Shown here piece by piece: positions 10,047 through 19,534 of a stretch of DNA of 20,000 nucleotides (the first letter of the stretch is position 1; every line of letters starts with the position of its first letter). Under the pieces are notes generated by a model. That model worked only from the letters and a program-made list of their open reading frames with translations, had not been told where the DNA came from and did no database searches. The position numbers and the translations under genes are program-made. The DNA comes from Thelocarpon superellum (lineage: Eukaryota). The stretch lies in NCBI GenBank assembly GCA_026025795.1, contig JAPEUG010000034.1:55976-75975 (forward strand). Reading direction: 5' to 3'.

Positions 10047-11933
10047 ATGTTGGTCTCGAGCGAATTCAATACGCTCGAGGGGCGCCTGGCGTCCTTCACC
10101 ACGACCTACCAGGCGCCGAAGCGACGAGGCTCCGCACGACGGGGCTCCGGCTTGAAGGGGCAGAACGCGTTGACCTGGCCGCATGCGACCCCCTCGCCCG
10201 CCCAGGTAGATTTGCTTCCCTCCGTGGCTCAGTCGCACATTCTAACGATTTCCCACAGCTTGCGAAGGCCGGATTCATCTATGCCCCGACGCCGGCCAGC
10301 CCCGACAACGTGTATTGCTTCCTCTGTCAGAAGCCGCTTGATGGGTGGGAAGAAGAGGACGATGCCGTGGCCGAGCATCTGCACCACTCTCCGGATTGCG
10401 GATGGGCCATTCTCATGGGAATAGAGAAACGGCGGGAGGCATCTAATTTGGATGGCGAGGATCCGGCGAGCGAAGTGATGCAAGCGGCGCGGCGAGCGAC
10501 CTTTGTGGGCAAATGGCCGCATGAGGGCAAGAAAGGATGGCTCTGCAAGACGGAGAAGGTGGGTGAAGCTGGTCTGGGGGCTCTACGGGCCATGCTGATG
10601 GACTTGGACACAGATGGTTGAAAGCGGATGGTACTATTGTCCGATCCCGGAATCCGACGACTTCGTCAGCTGCCCTTATTGCAGCTTGTCACTAGACGGG
10701 TGGGAGCCCAAGGACAAGCCTTTGGAAGAACATCAGCGACGTTCTCCCACATGTGCCTTCTTCAATCAGCCCAAAGCACCCACGACGCGGAAGAAGGGAG
10801 CTCGAGCATCGAGGACGGCGCGGGCATCGAACAACACGCGGCTTTCGACGCAATCGAATATCTCGATTCTGCCGGACGCGCCGTCCCTCGTGATGACCGA
10901 AGCGGGTGCAAACGCGGATGAAGATGACAGTGGGCTGACCGCCATCACGGTTGCAACCAATACGACAACGACCAGCAAAGGTGGCAAGAAAGGGGGACGA
11001 CCGAAAAAGGCCGCGGCGAAGCCCAAAGGTCGAAAGAAGGTCCTAGAAGATGTGGAGATGGTGCAGGAACCGGATTCGATGGCAATGGCCGAGGCTGGCC
11101 ACGAAAGCGAGGCCAATGCAAGCACCGTTGACACCAGCAACGGGAAGAAAAGAAAGTCCGAGGCAGTCGAGGACGAGGTCGACGAGGCCTCGGGCAGGTC
11201 CGGATTGGCGCAACCGTCGAAGCGACGGGCGACGACGACCCAGTCCAGAAAGGCCGAGGAGCCCGCACCCGTTCGCAAGGTGTCAGCGGCCACGAAAAAG
11301 AAGAAGACCCAGGCCAAGGCGAAAGCCAAAGCGAAAACACCATCTCCGGTAAAGGAAGCGACCCCAATACCATCTCCAGCGAAGGAGGCGACCCCGATAC
11401 CATCTCCAGCGAGAGCGGCGATCCCAGTCCTATCTCCACTGAGGGCGGCGACGCCATCGCCATCGCCGTCGCCATCGCCATCAGCGCAGACATCAGATGC
11501 GGAGAATCAGCCTCCGTCACGTCCTTTGGTTATCTCGCCGCTTCACCGTGCCGATGCCTTTGGTACGCCACTTGCAAGCAGCACGCCGGCGGCCTCTCGT
11601 GCAAACCGGCCTGTCATGGCAGAGATCCAGCTCAACCGCGCAGAATGGATGGCGGCCGATCTGGAGGCGGTCTTCCTGGCGTCGCCGAATGGCCAGGGCG
11701 TCGGTGAGGCGGAGAAAGGAAAGGGAGGCAGCTCGGCCCTGGACGACGCCATCCACAGCGTCAAGGGCACCTTGACTAGCCCGGAGAAGAAGATGACGGT
11801 CGAGGAGTGGATTACTCACAACGCCGACCTCGGCGAAGAACGACTACGCGGGGAGTGTGAACGACTGGTGGGCGTCTTTGAGCGGGAAGGCAATCGGGCC
11901 TTGCAGGTCTTGGACGCCTTGGAGGTGCTTTGA
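10047..11933 (+). CDS. BIR1: Bir1/survivin-like chromosomal passenger and IAP protein with two BIR domains; introns 10206-10258 and 10559-10613
   Basis: BIR1: RLASF..WPH..LAKAGF..CFLC-x16-H-x6-C. BIR2: RRATF..WPH..MVESGW..CPYC-x16-H-x6-C. AT-hook-like KGGRPKK, a long low-complexity middle, and the conserved fungal C-terminus LTSPEKKMTVEEWI...LRGECERLVGVFEREGNRALQVL. Confidence 0.93.
11340..11483 (+). repeat. Four 30-bp degenerate tandem units followed by CCRTCG hexamers inside BIR1
   Basis: Units start at 11340, 11370, 11400 and 11430 (CCATCTCC.../CTATCTCC...) and encode PSPVKEATPI, PSPAKEATPI, PSPARAAIPV, LSPLRAATPS, then PSPSPSPS. Confidence 0.85.
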
Positions 11934-12260
11934 TTCGACCCGTCCTTCCCTAGTATTTAGGAGTCCTTTAGCGGTCTTTGGAGTTGCGTATTGTTGTGAC
12001 TGCTACTCCCGAATGGCATGGTCGTTCTGGTATGATTGAAGGTGATGGGAACGTGCTCGAATAACGTAACGAAATGAGCAGTAGGTACTTCATCCATGCA
12101 CGCTGTATTACACGCATGACGAGCGGTCCTGCGACACGACGGCCAGCAACGCCATGGACTAGGATAGTAATAAGGTTACCACGATCATGCAAGCAGTCAC
12201 GGAATGAGTCTTACTTTCATGGGCATCGGACCCGCCAACGCGTTTGCACAGACAGCTTCA

Positions 12261-12266
12261 TATAAA
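12261..12266 (+). promoter_or_regulatory. TATA box of the small secreted peptide gene
   Basis: TATAAA lies 157 bp upstream of ATG 12418 and is followed by a CT-rich tract (about 12320-12373). Confidence 0.55.
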
Positions 12267-12417
12267 GGCGCCGGGGACCCAACGGCGCGATGTCGCCCCG
12301 GCTTCCCAAGCGTCAAGTATCACTTCTTTGCCTTTCCATGAGCCTTCCCTCTGCTCTCGCCCCTCCCCTCTTTCGCACCACCCGGCGTCAAGCAGCACCA
12401 TTCGATCCCGCCTCACA

Positions 12418-12654
12418 ATGCGCCTCGAAATCATCTCTGGGCGCGAGATCGCCTCCACGCTCTACGGTAAGGACTTTCCCGCTCCCGAAACGAGCCATCT
12501 CCAGCTTACTTGCTTGCTGACTATGATTGATGCACCTGTAGTGGCTATGATCGCCCTTGCCTTGACTCAAAGTGCTCTTGCACAGTATGAGTCTGATCAT
12601 TGTCCCTACACCCAATTTTGGGACCACACAGCTCAAAAGTGTGTGGACTGGTGA
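12418..12654 (+). CDS. 53-aa small secreted peptide (exons 12418-12466 and 12542-12654)
   Basis: CACAATG start context. Intron GTAAGG..GCTGAC..TGTAG. Spliced product MRLEIISGREIASTLYVAMIALALTQSALA-QYESDHCPYTQFWDHTAQKCVDW*, with a hydrophobic core and an A-L-A cleavage site. Confidence 0.7.
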   Translation: MRLEIISGREIASTLYGKDFPAPETSHLQLTCLLTMIDAPVVAMIALALTQSALAQYESDHCPYTQFWDHTAQKCVDW

Positions 12655-13010
12655 ATCCGGCAAGAGGATCCACCTTGGCAAACCTTGCCATACCGGTAGG
12701 CCTGGAGACTTGGCCGGTACTGGGACAACGTAAACACCGAGTCGGGAGGGACGTCATGGTAGTCTAGGCATCCAGAATAATTCGAGAACTGAGCATTTGG
12801 CTGGCTGCGCTCTTGTTTCCCACTCAGGGCAACTATCTAGTCAGTGGTGCATCGGATCCATGAGTCCGTTGACTGGGAGCGCTCCAGGCAGCATTGTAGC
12901 GAGACACATAAGACAAACGGCCCACGCAAGGCCGTTCAGCGTGCGGTCCAGCCGTCTCCCTACCCATGTGTAGAGCAGAGGCGCTCTTAGAACCTAAAGA
13001 ATTGCCCAAG

Positions 13011-13652
13011 ATGTCAGCCCGAGACGCGAACACACGTCCTGCGACTCCTGCACGATCGCTGTGTCGCACAACTACCGAGGACCTTCCCTCCACGACCACG
13101 ACCACCACGAGGCCTACGGCTCCACCCACCTTCCATTCTCTCCCCTCCGAGCTACATCTAGCAATAACGCAGCACCTTCCCTACCCGGACGCTCTGTCTC
13201 TGAAGCACAGCAGTCGGCACTTCTACGGGCTGGTGGACACGGGCGTGCGCCTGAAAGTTAGCTGGCTGATCTCGCGGCGCCAACTACGCCTCGAATGTCC
13301 CAGCGAGGGCCAAATCGTGTTGCGTAGCGACGAGGCGTTTTGCTCCAGCAAGGTGCGCCGGCTGATGGAGCGACGGAGACGGCACGTTGAATGCGGCGTC
13401 GCCGCTGGTGGTTGGAGGTGTCTTGTCCTGGGTGGAGGGAGGTGTCGCGGTGCGAGGAGGAAGTGGTGGCACGAGTACCGCCTCTGGCGCCTCTGGCGAG
13501 GACGGCGGACGGGGAGTTGGCTCGTCTGCGACGGTGAGTCAATTGCTGCTGCTGTGAGGAGAGGCCGCGCTGCAATCTCGGCTCTCCTGGTGGCAGTGTT
13601 CGCTGCTGCGGTATTTTGGCGGGCTTCAATGACGAGTGGAGCCATTGATTGA
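13011..13652 (+). CDS. Fungal F-box domain protein with a C-terminal hydrophobic segment (alternative ATG 12966)
   Basis: F-box-like TFHSLPSELHLAITQHLPYPDALSLKHSSRHFY, followed by Cys/His residues, an Arg/Trp-rich stretch and the hydrophobic tail AAISALLVAVFAAAVFW. Confidence 0.75.
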   Translation: MSARDANTRPATPARSLCRTTTEDLPSTTTTTTRPTAPPTFHSLPSELHLAITQHLPYPDALSLKHSSRHFYGLVDTGVRLKVSWLISRRQLRLECPSEGQIVLRSDEAFCSSKVRRLMERRRRHVECGVAAGGWRCLVLGGGRCRGARRKWWHEYRLWRLWRGRRTGSWLVCDGESIAAAVRRGRAAISALLVAVFAAAVFWRASMTSGAID

Positions 13653-14113
13653 AGGGAAAGGTTGAGTGGCGTTTCCGGGCAGCCGTAGGGTACGAGACAA
13701 TCCCCGTAGATCTCGCTTGCATGGAGGGGAGCAGGGGAGCTACAGACGTCATCGGCTGCACCCTGGCCATGCACCAAACAGTGCACTACGTAGAACCCGA
13801 GGGTGAGGGAACGTCAGAACAATGACGATGGCATTTGCTCGACTCGATTACGTCGACACGGGGGCCCTGTGTCCGAATCCGCGTAGAATGCATACGAGTA
13901 TGCTCAGCTCTTGTGGCAGCCCCACTAACAACCATGACTTTTGCTCCATTTCCGCTTCGTCTTCTTTCTCGCCAGACGTCTCCACTCTTCAACTTATCTA
14001 GACACTCCTCACGGCTCTCTAGAACAAGTGTTTCTTCGTCACTCCGCTCTCTTCCTTCCATCCCAATTTCACGCTGTCTCAGATTCAATTCAGTTTCACC
14101 CCCACGAGCCACC

Positions 14114-14916
14114 ATGTCCGGACAGACCTTCTCCAACGCCGACACGGGCAGCAAGTCAGCCGATCCGTACAAGGCCAAGAACATTGACGATGCCCCCTTG
14201 AAAGAGAAGATTGAGGATTTGGTCGCCTTTGTGAACGCCTGCAAGTTTGGCATGATGACGACTCGCGTGGCGGCTACCGGAATGCTCGTTAGCCGATGTA
14301 TGGCGCTGGCAGGGACGGTGGGGGATCATGTGTCGCGTGGATGGCGAACACTAGCTGATGATGCTCAGGAGAACGAGGGCATCGATCTCATCTTCTCCAC
14401 CAATACCGAATCTGGCAAGACGGATGACCTGACCTCGGACCCCAACATCAACATCGCTTTCATCAATTCCTCGGGCGAATGGGCCTCGGTTAGTGGCCAG
14501 GCCGAGGTCATTATCGACCGAGATACGGTCAAGAGCTATTACTCTCGCGCGCTGAAGGCTTGGCTTGGAGACCTTGGGGACGGTGTCCACGATGGTGGTC
14601 CCGAAGGTACGTGCATCTCTACTCCCTGCGAGTCCTCGCTGACTGTAGCGTAGATCCGCGCATTGGTCTCATCAAAGTCAACACAATCACGGCCACGTAC
14701 GCGATCGTACGCCGCAGCGCTGTCAGCCGAGGGGTGGAGATCGCCAAGGGCGCGGTCACGGGAGAAGCGGCGAGCGTGAACAAACTGAGGGAGTTGACCG
14801 CAGAGGATATCAAGACTTGTACGTCCCGTTCATGCGGTTCACGGAGAACTGGAAGTATTCGTCCGTTGCTAATGTGGAAGATGATAGGGAGGCAATCGGT
14901 CCAGCTTGTCAAGTAG
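14114..14916 (+). CDS. bli-3: BLI-3-like (blue-light-inducible) protein, pyridoxamine 5'-phosphate oxidase-like FMN-binding fold; introns 14318-14368, 14607-14653, 14819-14887
   Basis: MSGQTFSNADTGSKSADPYKAKN, KFGMMTTR, LVSRCMALA, GIDLIFSTNTESGKTDDL, GEWASVSG, LKAWLGDLGDGVHDGGPEDPRIG all match the fungal BLI-3 family as I recall it. Confidence 0.85.
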
Positions 14917-15008
14917 CATCTGCTCCACGTCACATATGAATTTGTTGCTCTACTGGCACGCTTAGCAGCGTGCCTCAAACATGGAATGTCCACCTCCACC
15001 ACCGCATG

Positions 15009-16007
15009 CTACTGTCGGCCGTCGTAATCTCTTTTCCACACCTGATCAAAGGTGGCGACATCAATGGCAAACTCGCGGATAAAGTCCCGCTCCAAATCAT
15101 GAGTCCGCCGGCCCAGCAGGACCAGGGAATGTAGCGGGGGTCCCAAATCAGCATCACATAACTCCTTGAGCGTGCCACAGCGAAATTGCTGGTCCGTGGC
15201 GCCGACCCTGGCAGCACCAACGGCCAACGAATCCGGACCGTAAACGTCCTCCTGCCGCTCTGCCTCTGTCTCCAGCATCTGGGCGGCGCATTGAGCCACG
15301 GTCATGAAGCGAGGAGGCTCATAGATCGGGCGTCCGCGGGCAAGATTCTCGAGGCTCTGCTCCTTGACCTTGATGTCCAACAGGACAAGAGTATGCAGGC
15401 CGACATCCCGGTTTTCCTTGACGCGATCATAGAAAGACGACGGCTTCCATGCCTCGGTGAAGAAGACCATGCTCACCGTTTGTCCGAAGTTGTAGAGCTG
15501 CAGCCCCGTGGCGCCAATCGCGGTCAAGATGGAGGCGTTGGGGATGACTCGGACGGGAATCTTCATCTCGCGCGCACGCAGAACCAAGTCTGTATGCGTC
15601 GTGGCCCTAAGCGGAATTTCAGCCTCTGTTCATGCATCCACAGATGACCTGTTCGATGTGTTGGACTCCCTACCCAAACGGATCCCCTACAACCAGCATG
15701 GCCACGTCGATGGTTTCGGCCCCTCTAAGGATCTCGTCGCTCCAGGACTCCACCATGACCCTGTCGGCCTGGATGACGGGCCGGCCATAATACGCTTCCT
15801 GTCTTTGGCGCTGTTCGTGAGCATCGTGCGTGGCGTCGGCGGTGGTCAGGGCGTCGCGGGCACGTCACGCACCAGCTTGGATGTCTCGACCAGCAAAATG
15901 CTCGTGTACGCTTCCAGATACACTCTCTCCGCTCTCTTGACCACCTCCAGTCCTTTCACACTAATGTCGGTCTCATCGGCCAAACCGAGCCCCACCAGGT
16001 GTAGCAT
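15009..16007 (-). CDS. DPH5: Diphthine methyl ester synthase; introns 15799-15872 and 15607-15673
   Basis: [90 protein letters not shown]. Confidence 0.96.
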
Positions 16008-16369
16008 GTTACCTGGATATCCCGCCGCGAGCGTCAAGACTTGTACATCCGTGATGTAGGCGCAACTGTAAGGTCGTTTGAATTTGAGCCTCGCCAACGG
16101 CGACGAGATACACGCACTTGGAGGAGGTCATTGACGAGACGCGGGGGAAGGGGAAGTTTATCAATCATCTACGCCATGTCCCCTCTACTTATTATCCATA
16201 TCCACAGCTCGCTCCAATTGATACCACGGTTGACGTTAGTAAAAATCTGTCCTACCAGTGCGTAGTCAAATACAAGCCAGCTAGGTCCTTGCCGGGGTTC
16301 CCCGGAGAGCAAGGATCTGTTTCGCTTCCGTCACTGAAGTCAATCGAATCTCTCTTGTGACGTCGCATC

Positions 16370-17287
16370 ATGTCAACGCCTATGCTCGTGGGCCTGGGCC
16401 ACACAGGACACATACATCAGCTTTCCGAACGTATCGCCTTGAAGCAGCCTCACAGGGCCGACGACAAGGGTTTCCTAACCGAGAACGAGGTATTCGACAC
16501 CTTGGAGAGCAAGCCCCATTCCCCCAGTCTCATTCGGAGCTTTCGTCGGACTACATCTGCCAACTTCCTGGAATTCCTTCCTGGCGACAACCTCGAGACG
16601 CGACTCCGACGTCATCAGATCCGAGATCCTGGCACTGGCCAAGTACTTGCCGTGCACTACCAAGAGCCCCGGCACTTGGTGCTGAGGTGGATGATCGAGC
16701 TGACGGATGCGGTGGCGACTCTGGAGTCGTCGGGTTATGCCCACGCCGATCTTCGACCCCCGAATTTACTCTTGGACGACGATGACCACCTGAAGGTCAT
16801 CGACTTTGACAGTACCAGCGCCATAGGCTCGCCAATCTTAGGTGCCCAACCACCATACGCCAGAGTCCTGGGGGACGGAGAGGGGGCAGAGCGTGGCTCA
16901 TTTGGAGATTATGGTCCACGCACCGAGCAGTTTGCCATCGGCTCGATACTCTACTTCCTCACTCGCGGCTTTGAGCCATACGACAATGAATGGTTTGGGA
17001 AGCATCATGGGCCAAAAACCGTCGATCTTCTCCAGGAGATGAAGTTTCCGGAGACGGATGGTGGTGAATTTGATATGGTCATCCGGAAGTGCTGGTTTGG
17101 AAAGTACGGATCCGTCCAGGAACTGAACCAAGACGTCATCCAACTTGCCCGCGATACCGATGTTTGTCTCGCCCAGTCGATGCAAGAAGACGTGTTTCGG
17201 GCTAGGCAGCGAGAGTGCGAGCAGCTTCTGCGTGACGGGATACTTGATGCGGTACCCAGATGCCTGCTCTGTCAACGCAAGAGCTGA
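16370..17287 (+). CDS. Intronless atypical fungal protein kinase-like protein (305 aa)
   Basis: Gly-loop GLGHTG, IALK, helix-C E, catalytic loop HADLRPPNLLL, KVIDFD, subdomain IX-like EQFAIGSILY, and subdomain XI-like IRKCW. Confidence 0.85.
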   Translation: MSTPMLVGLGHTGHIHQLSERIALKQPHRADDKGFLTENEVFDTLESKPHSPSLIRSFRRTTSANFLEFLPGDNLETRLRRHQIRDPGTGQVLAVHYQEPRHLVLRWMIELTDAVATLESSGYAHADLRPPNLLLDDDDHLKVIDFDSTSAIGSPILGAQPPYARVLGDGEGAERGSFGDYGPRTEQFAIGSILYFLTRGFEPYDNEWFGKHHGPKTVDLLQEMKFPETDGGEFDMVIRKCWFGKYGSVQELNQDVIQLARDTDVCLAQSMQEDVFRARQRECEQLLRDGILDAVPRCLLCQRKS

Positions 17288-17840
17288 GGACGGCGAGCCA
17301 CACTGTGACATCCTCGAACTCTAAGCAGGGCACAGCCGAGCCGTGTTGCTTCAAGTGGAAAGAGGTCGTTAAGTTCTTCCTGCACCCGGATCGGTCTGGG
17401 ATGGATGTGGGACATTTTGTCAAGGACGAAAAGGCACAAGGACCGCTATTAAGAGCGCTCGTCAGATTGGACTCAATGAGGATACTTGAGACAAATGGAT
17501 GACGCCGGGCCCCTTCAGCACTTGGCCGCTTGGTGTGGACAATGACCAAGTTTTGAGGACCCCCCGGCGTCCTCGAAGAACCTGACTAACGAGAGAGGTC
17601 ATCTTCTGCGGACGGATAGATACGTTGAAGATTAGAGACATGTACATAGAGGCCTTGTCCAGGGAGAATAGCCCTAGACGGAACCTGTAAAGGTCTCCAT
17701 GTCAGTGCATGTCGTACAGTTGGATCTGATTGGAAGCTGGACCAGGTGAGTCTTTCAGAGCGTGACGCCAGCCCAGAAAAATACTCGGCCTGTAAGAATC
17801 AGAGCTGAATTGCTGATCTACACGTAGTTGGAATAGTGAT

Positions 17841-17877
17841 AGGAGTGGGCACGTGACCAGATCACGTGCGCGCTCCT
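17841..17877. promoter_or_regulatory. Inverted repeat containing two Cbf1-type E-boxes upstream of SPT3
   Basis: AGGAGTGGGCACGTGA-CCAGA-TCACGTGCGCGCTCCT has 16-nt arms with 14 Watson-Crick pairs. Both E-boxes fit RTCACGTG, on opposite strands. Confidence 0.55.
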
Positions 17878-18122
17878 CCAGGCCGGACGATGTTGCTAAA
17901 TTGGGTGACAGCGAGCCCCCCACACGACGCGGATGCATTCACTCCTCCATCCCTCCGTCTCCACGACCCGTCTACCTCTCGACCTTTAACTCCAACCCTC
18001 GCGTCAGGTCCTCCAATCTCTCATGCGCTCTCTTTCGGCGTCGGAAAGATCCCCGTGTGGGGTCGATACCATCAAGCTCATTCCCGTACCTCCGCGCGGT
18101 GCCGCGTGAACCCGATCTCACG

Positions 18123-19534
18123 ATGACCGACAAGATGGCCAAGTACCGGAGCGAAATCCAACAGGTAAGTTAATCCCGTTTCAGGGGGTCGAAGCATTTG
18201 CTTGCGATCAAGTGTTACTTCTCTGTTGCTCCGGGTGTGATCTTCATTTGGCGTACCTACTCTCTTGTGACTTTTGATGCTGGAGTCTCGATTTCTGGTG
18301 ATACCCAGCCACCAGCCACCAGGTCGAGTGATTTATTCCCCACTCGAACAACGCTCTCGCTATGCGTCTTTTCAAAGAGTTCCTAGCAGAAATACGCCCA
18401 GGGGATCGAGATCAATTGACTCCCGATGACGATGACACGGAGAGCGTGGCCGAGTGGATGCAGAGGCTGATGCACGTCCTTGGACAGATGATGTTCGTGT
18501 CGGGCGAGACGGCCGAGGTTAACCCCGATACTACGAGCATGATCGAGGAGATTGTGCGGCAACAAGTGATTGAGATGGTGAGTCCAGGCTTGTCCGTACC
18601 CCGCATCCGGAGTCCAGCTGACGCGAGCGCGACAGCTCTCCCAATGCACGGCTCAAGCAGCTCGTCGGGGCCTTCGCTCCATCTCGACCGACGACCTGAT
18701 CTTCCTGATCCGTCACGACAAAGCAAAAGTGTCTCGACTGCGTACGTTCCTGTCGTGGAAGGACGTGCGCAAGAACGTCAAGGACTCGGACGACAAGGGC
18801 GGTGGCGGGGACGCCGACTTTGCCGCGGGAGATGATCCCGCCGGCGCCGGGGTGCTGAGCGGCGGCGGACCCGTGGCGGACGGGGCCAAGAAGAACAAGA
18901 AGACGAAAGTGGGCCTGCCGTGGGAAGTGTCGAGTTTCTACAACGAGACCGTGCCGGAGCGGGAGGACGAAGAGGACGAAGACGAGGAGGAGATGAACTA
19001 CGCCACGCTGCAACGGCTCAAGAAGGCGGACGAGCGCACGAAGAACATGACCAAGGAGGAATACGTCAACTGGTCGGAATGCCGGCAGGCCTCCTTCACC
19101 TTCCGCAAGGGCAAGCGGTTCAAAGAGTGGGCCGGGTTCGGGATCGTGACGGACAGCAAACCGAACGACGACATTGTCGACATTCTCGGCTTCCTGACCT
19201 TTGAGATTGTGCAGACGCTCACGGAGGAGGCGCTGAAGGTCAAGGAGGCCGAGGACTCGAACAAGCGCGAGAGCGGCGGCGAGAACCAAGACCGCAAGCG
19301 TAAACGGGAACGCGGCCTCTTCGATCCCCCCGAGGAGGGCCGCACGCCGATCCAGGTCCGGCACGTCGAGGAGGCCTTTCGTCGGCTGCAGCATCGCAAT
19401 AACAAGAGCCGGGCCATGCGCAACTTTGGACGGTCGTTGAATCGGACGCAGTTGAAGCTGGTGGGTTCTCCCCCCTCTCCATTGCAGTCCGCCGCTCTTC
19501 CTTTGTCGCCGTTACTGACCCCGTGCAGATCTAG
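18123..19534 (+). CDS. SPT3: SAGA subunit Spt3; introns 18165-18487, 18578-18635, 19461-19528 (final exon encodes only Ile-stop)
   Basis: [108 protein letters not shown]. Confidence 0.96.

Noticed and set aside
2756..14887. Six of 22 modelled introns are multiples of 3 and stop-free (2756-2812, 6048-6104, 9343-9402, 12467-12541, 14318-14368, 14819-14887)
   Set aside because: With short GC-rich introns this count is not clearly above chance. It mainly explains why the ORF track reads through them.
16075..16112. PAC-like GCGACGAGAT and RRPE-like TGAATTT upstream of DPH5
   Set aside because: Both deviate from consensus and are too short to support.
17260..17502. 80-aa ORF containing KFFLHPDRSG, reminiscent of a J-domain HPD motif
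   Set aside because: The flanking J-domain helices and conserved residues are not evident, the ORF overlaps the kinase stop codon, and a tripeptide match is expected by chance.
18165..18487. TPP riboswitch or C/D snoRNA in SPT3 intron 1
   Set aside because: No TPP aptamer core (CUGAGA...) and no RUGAUGA/CUGA box pair were found.
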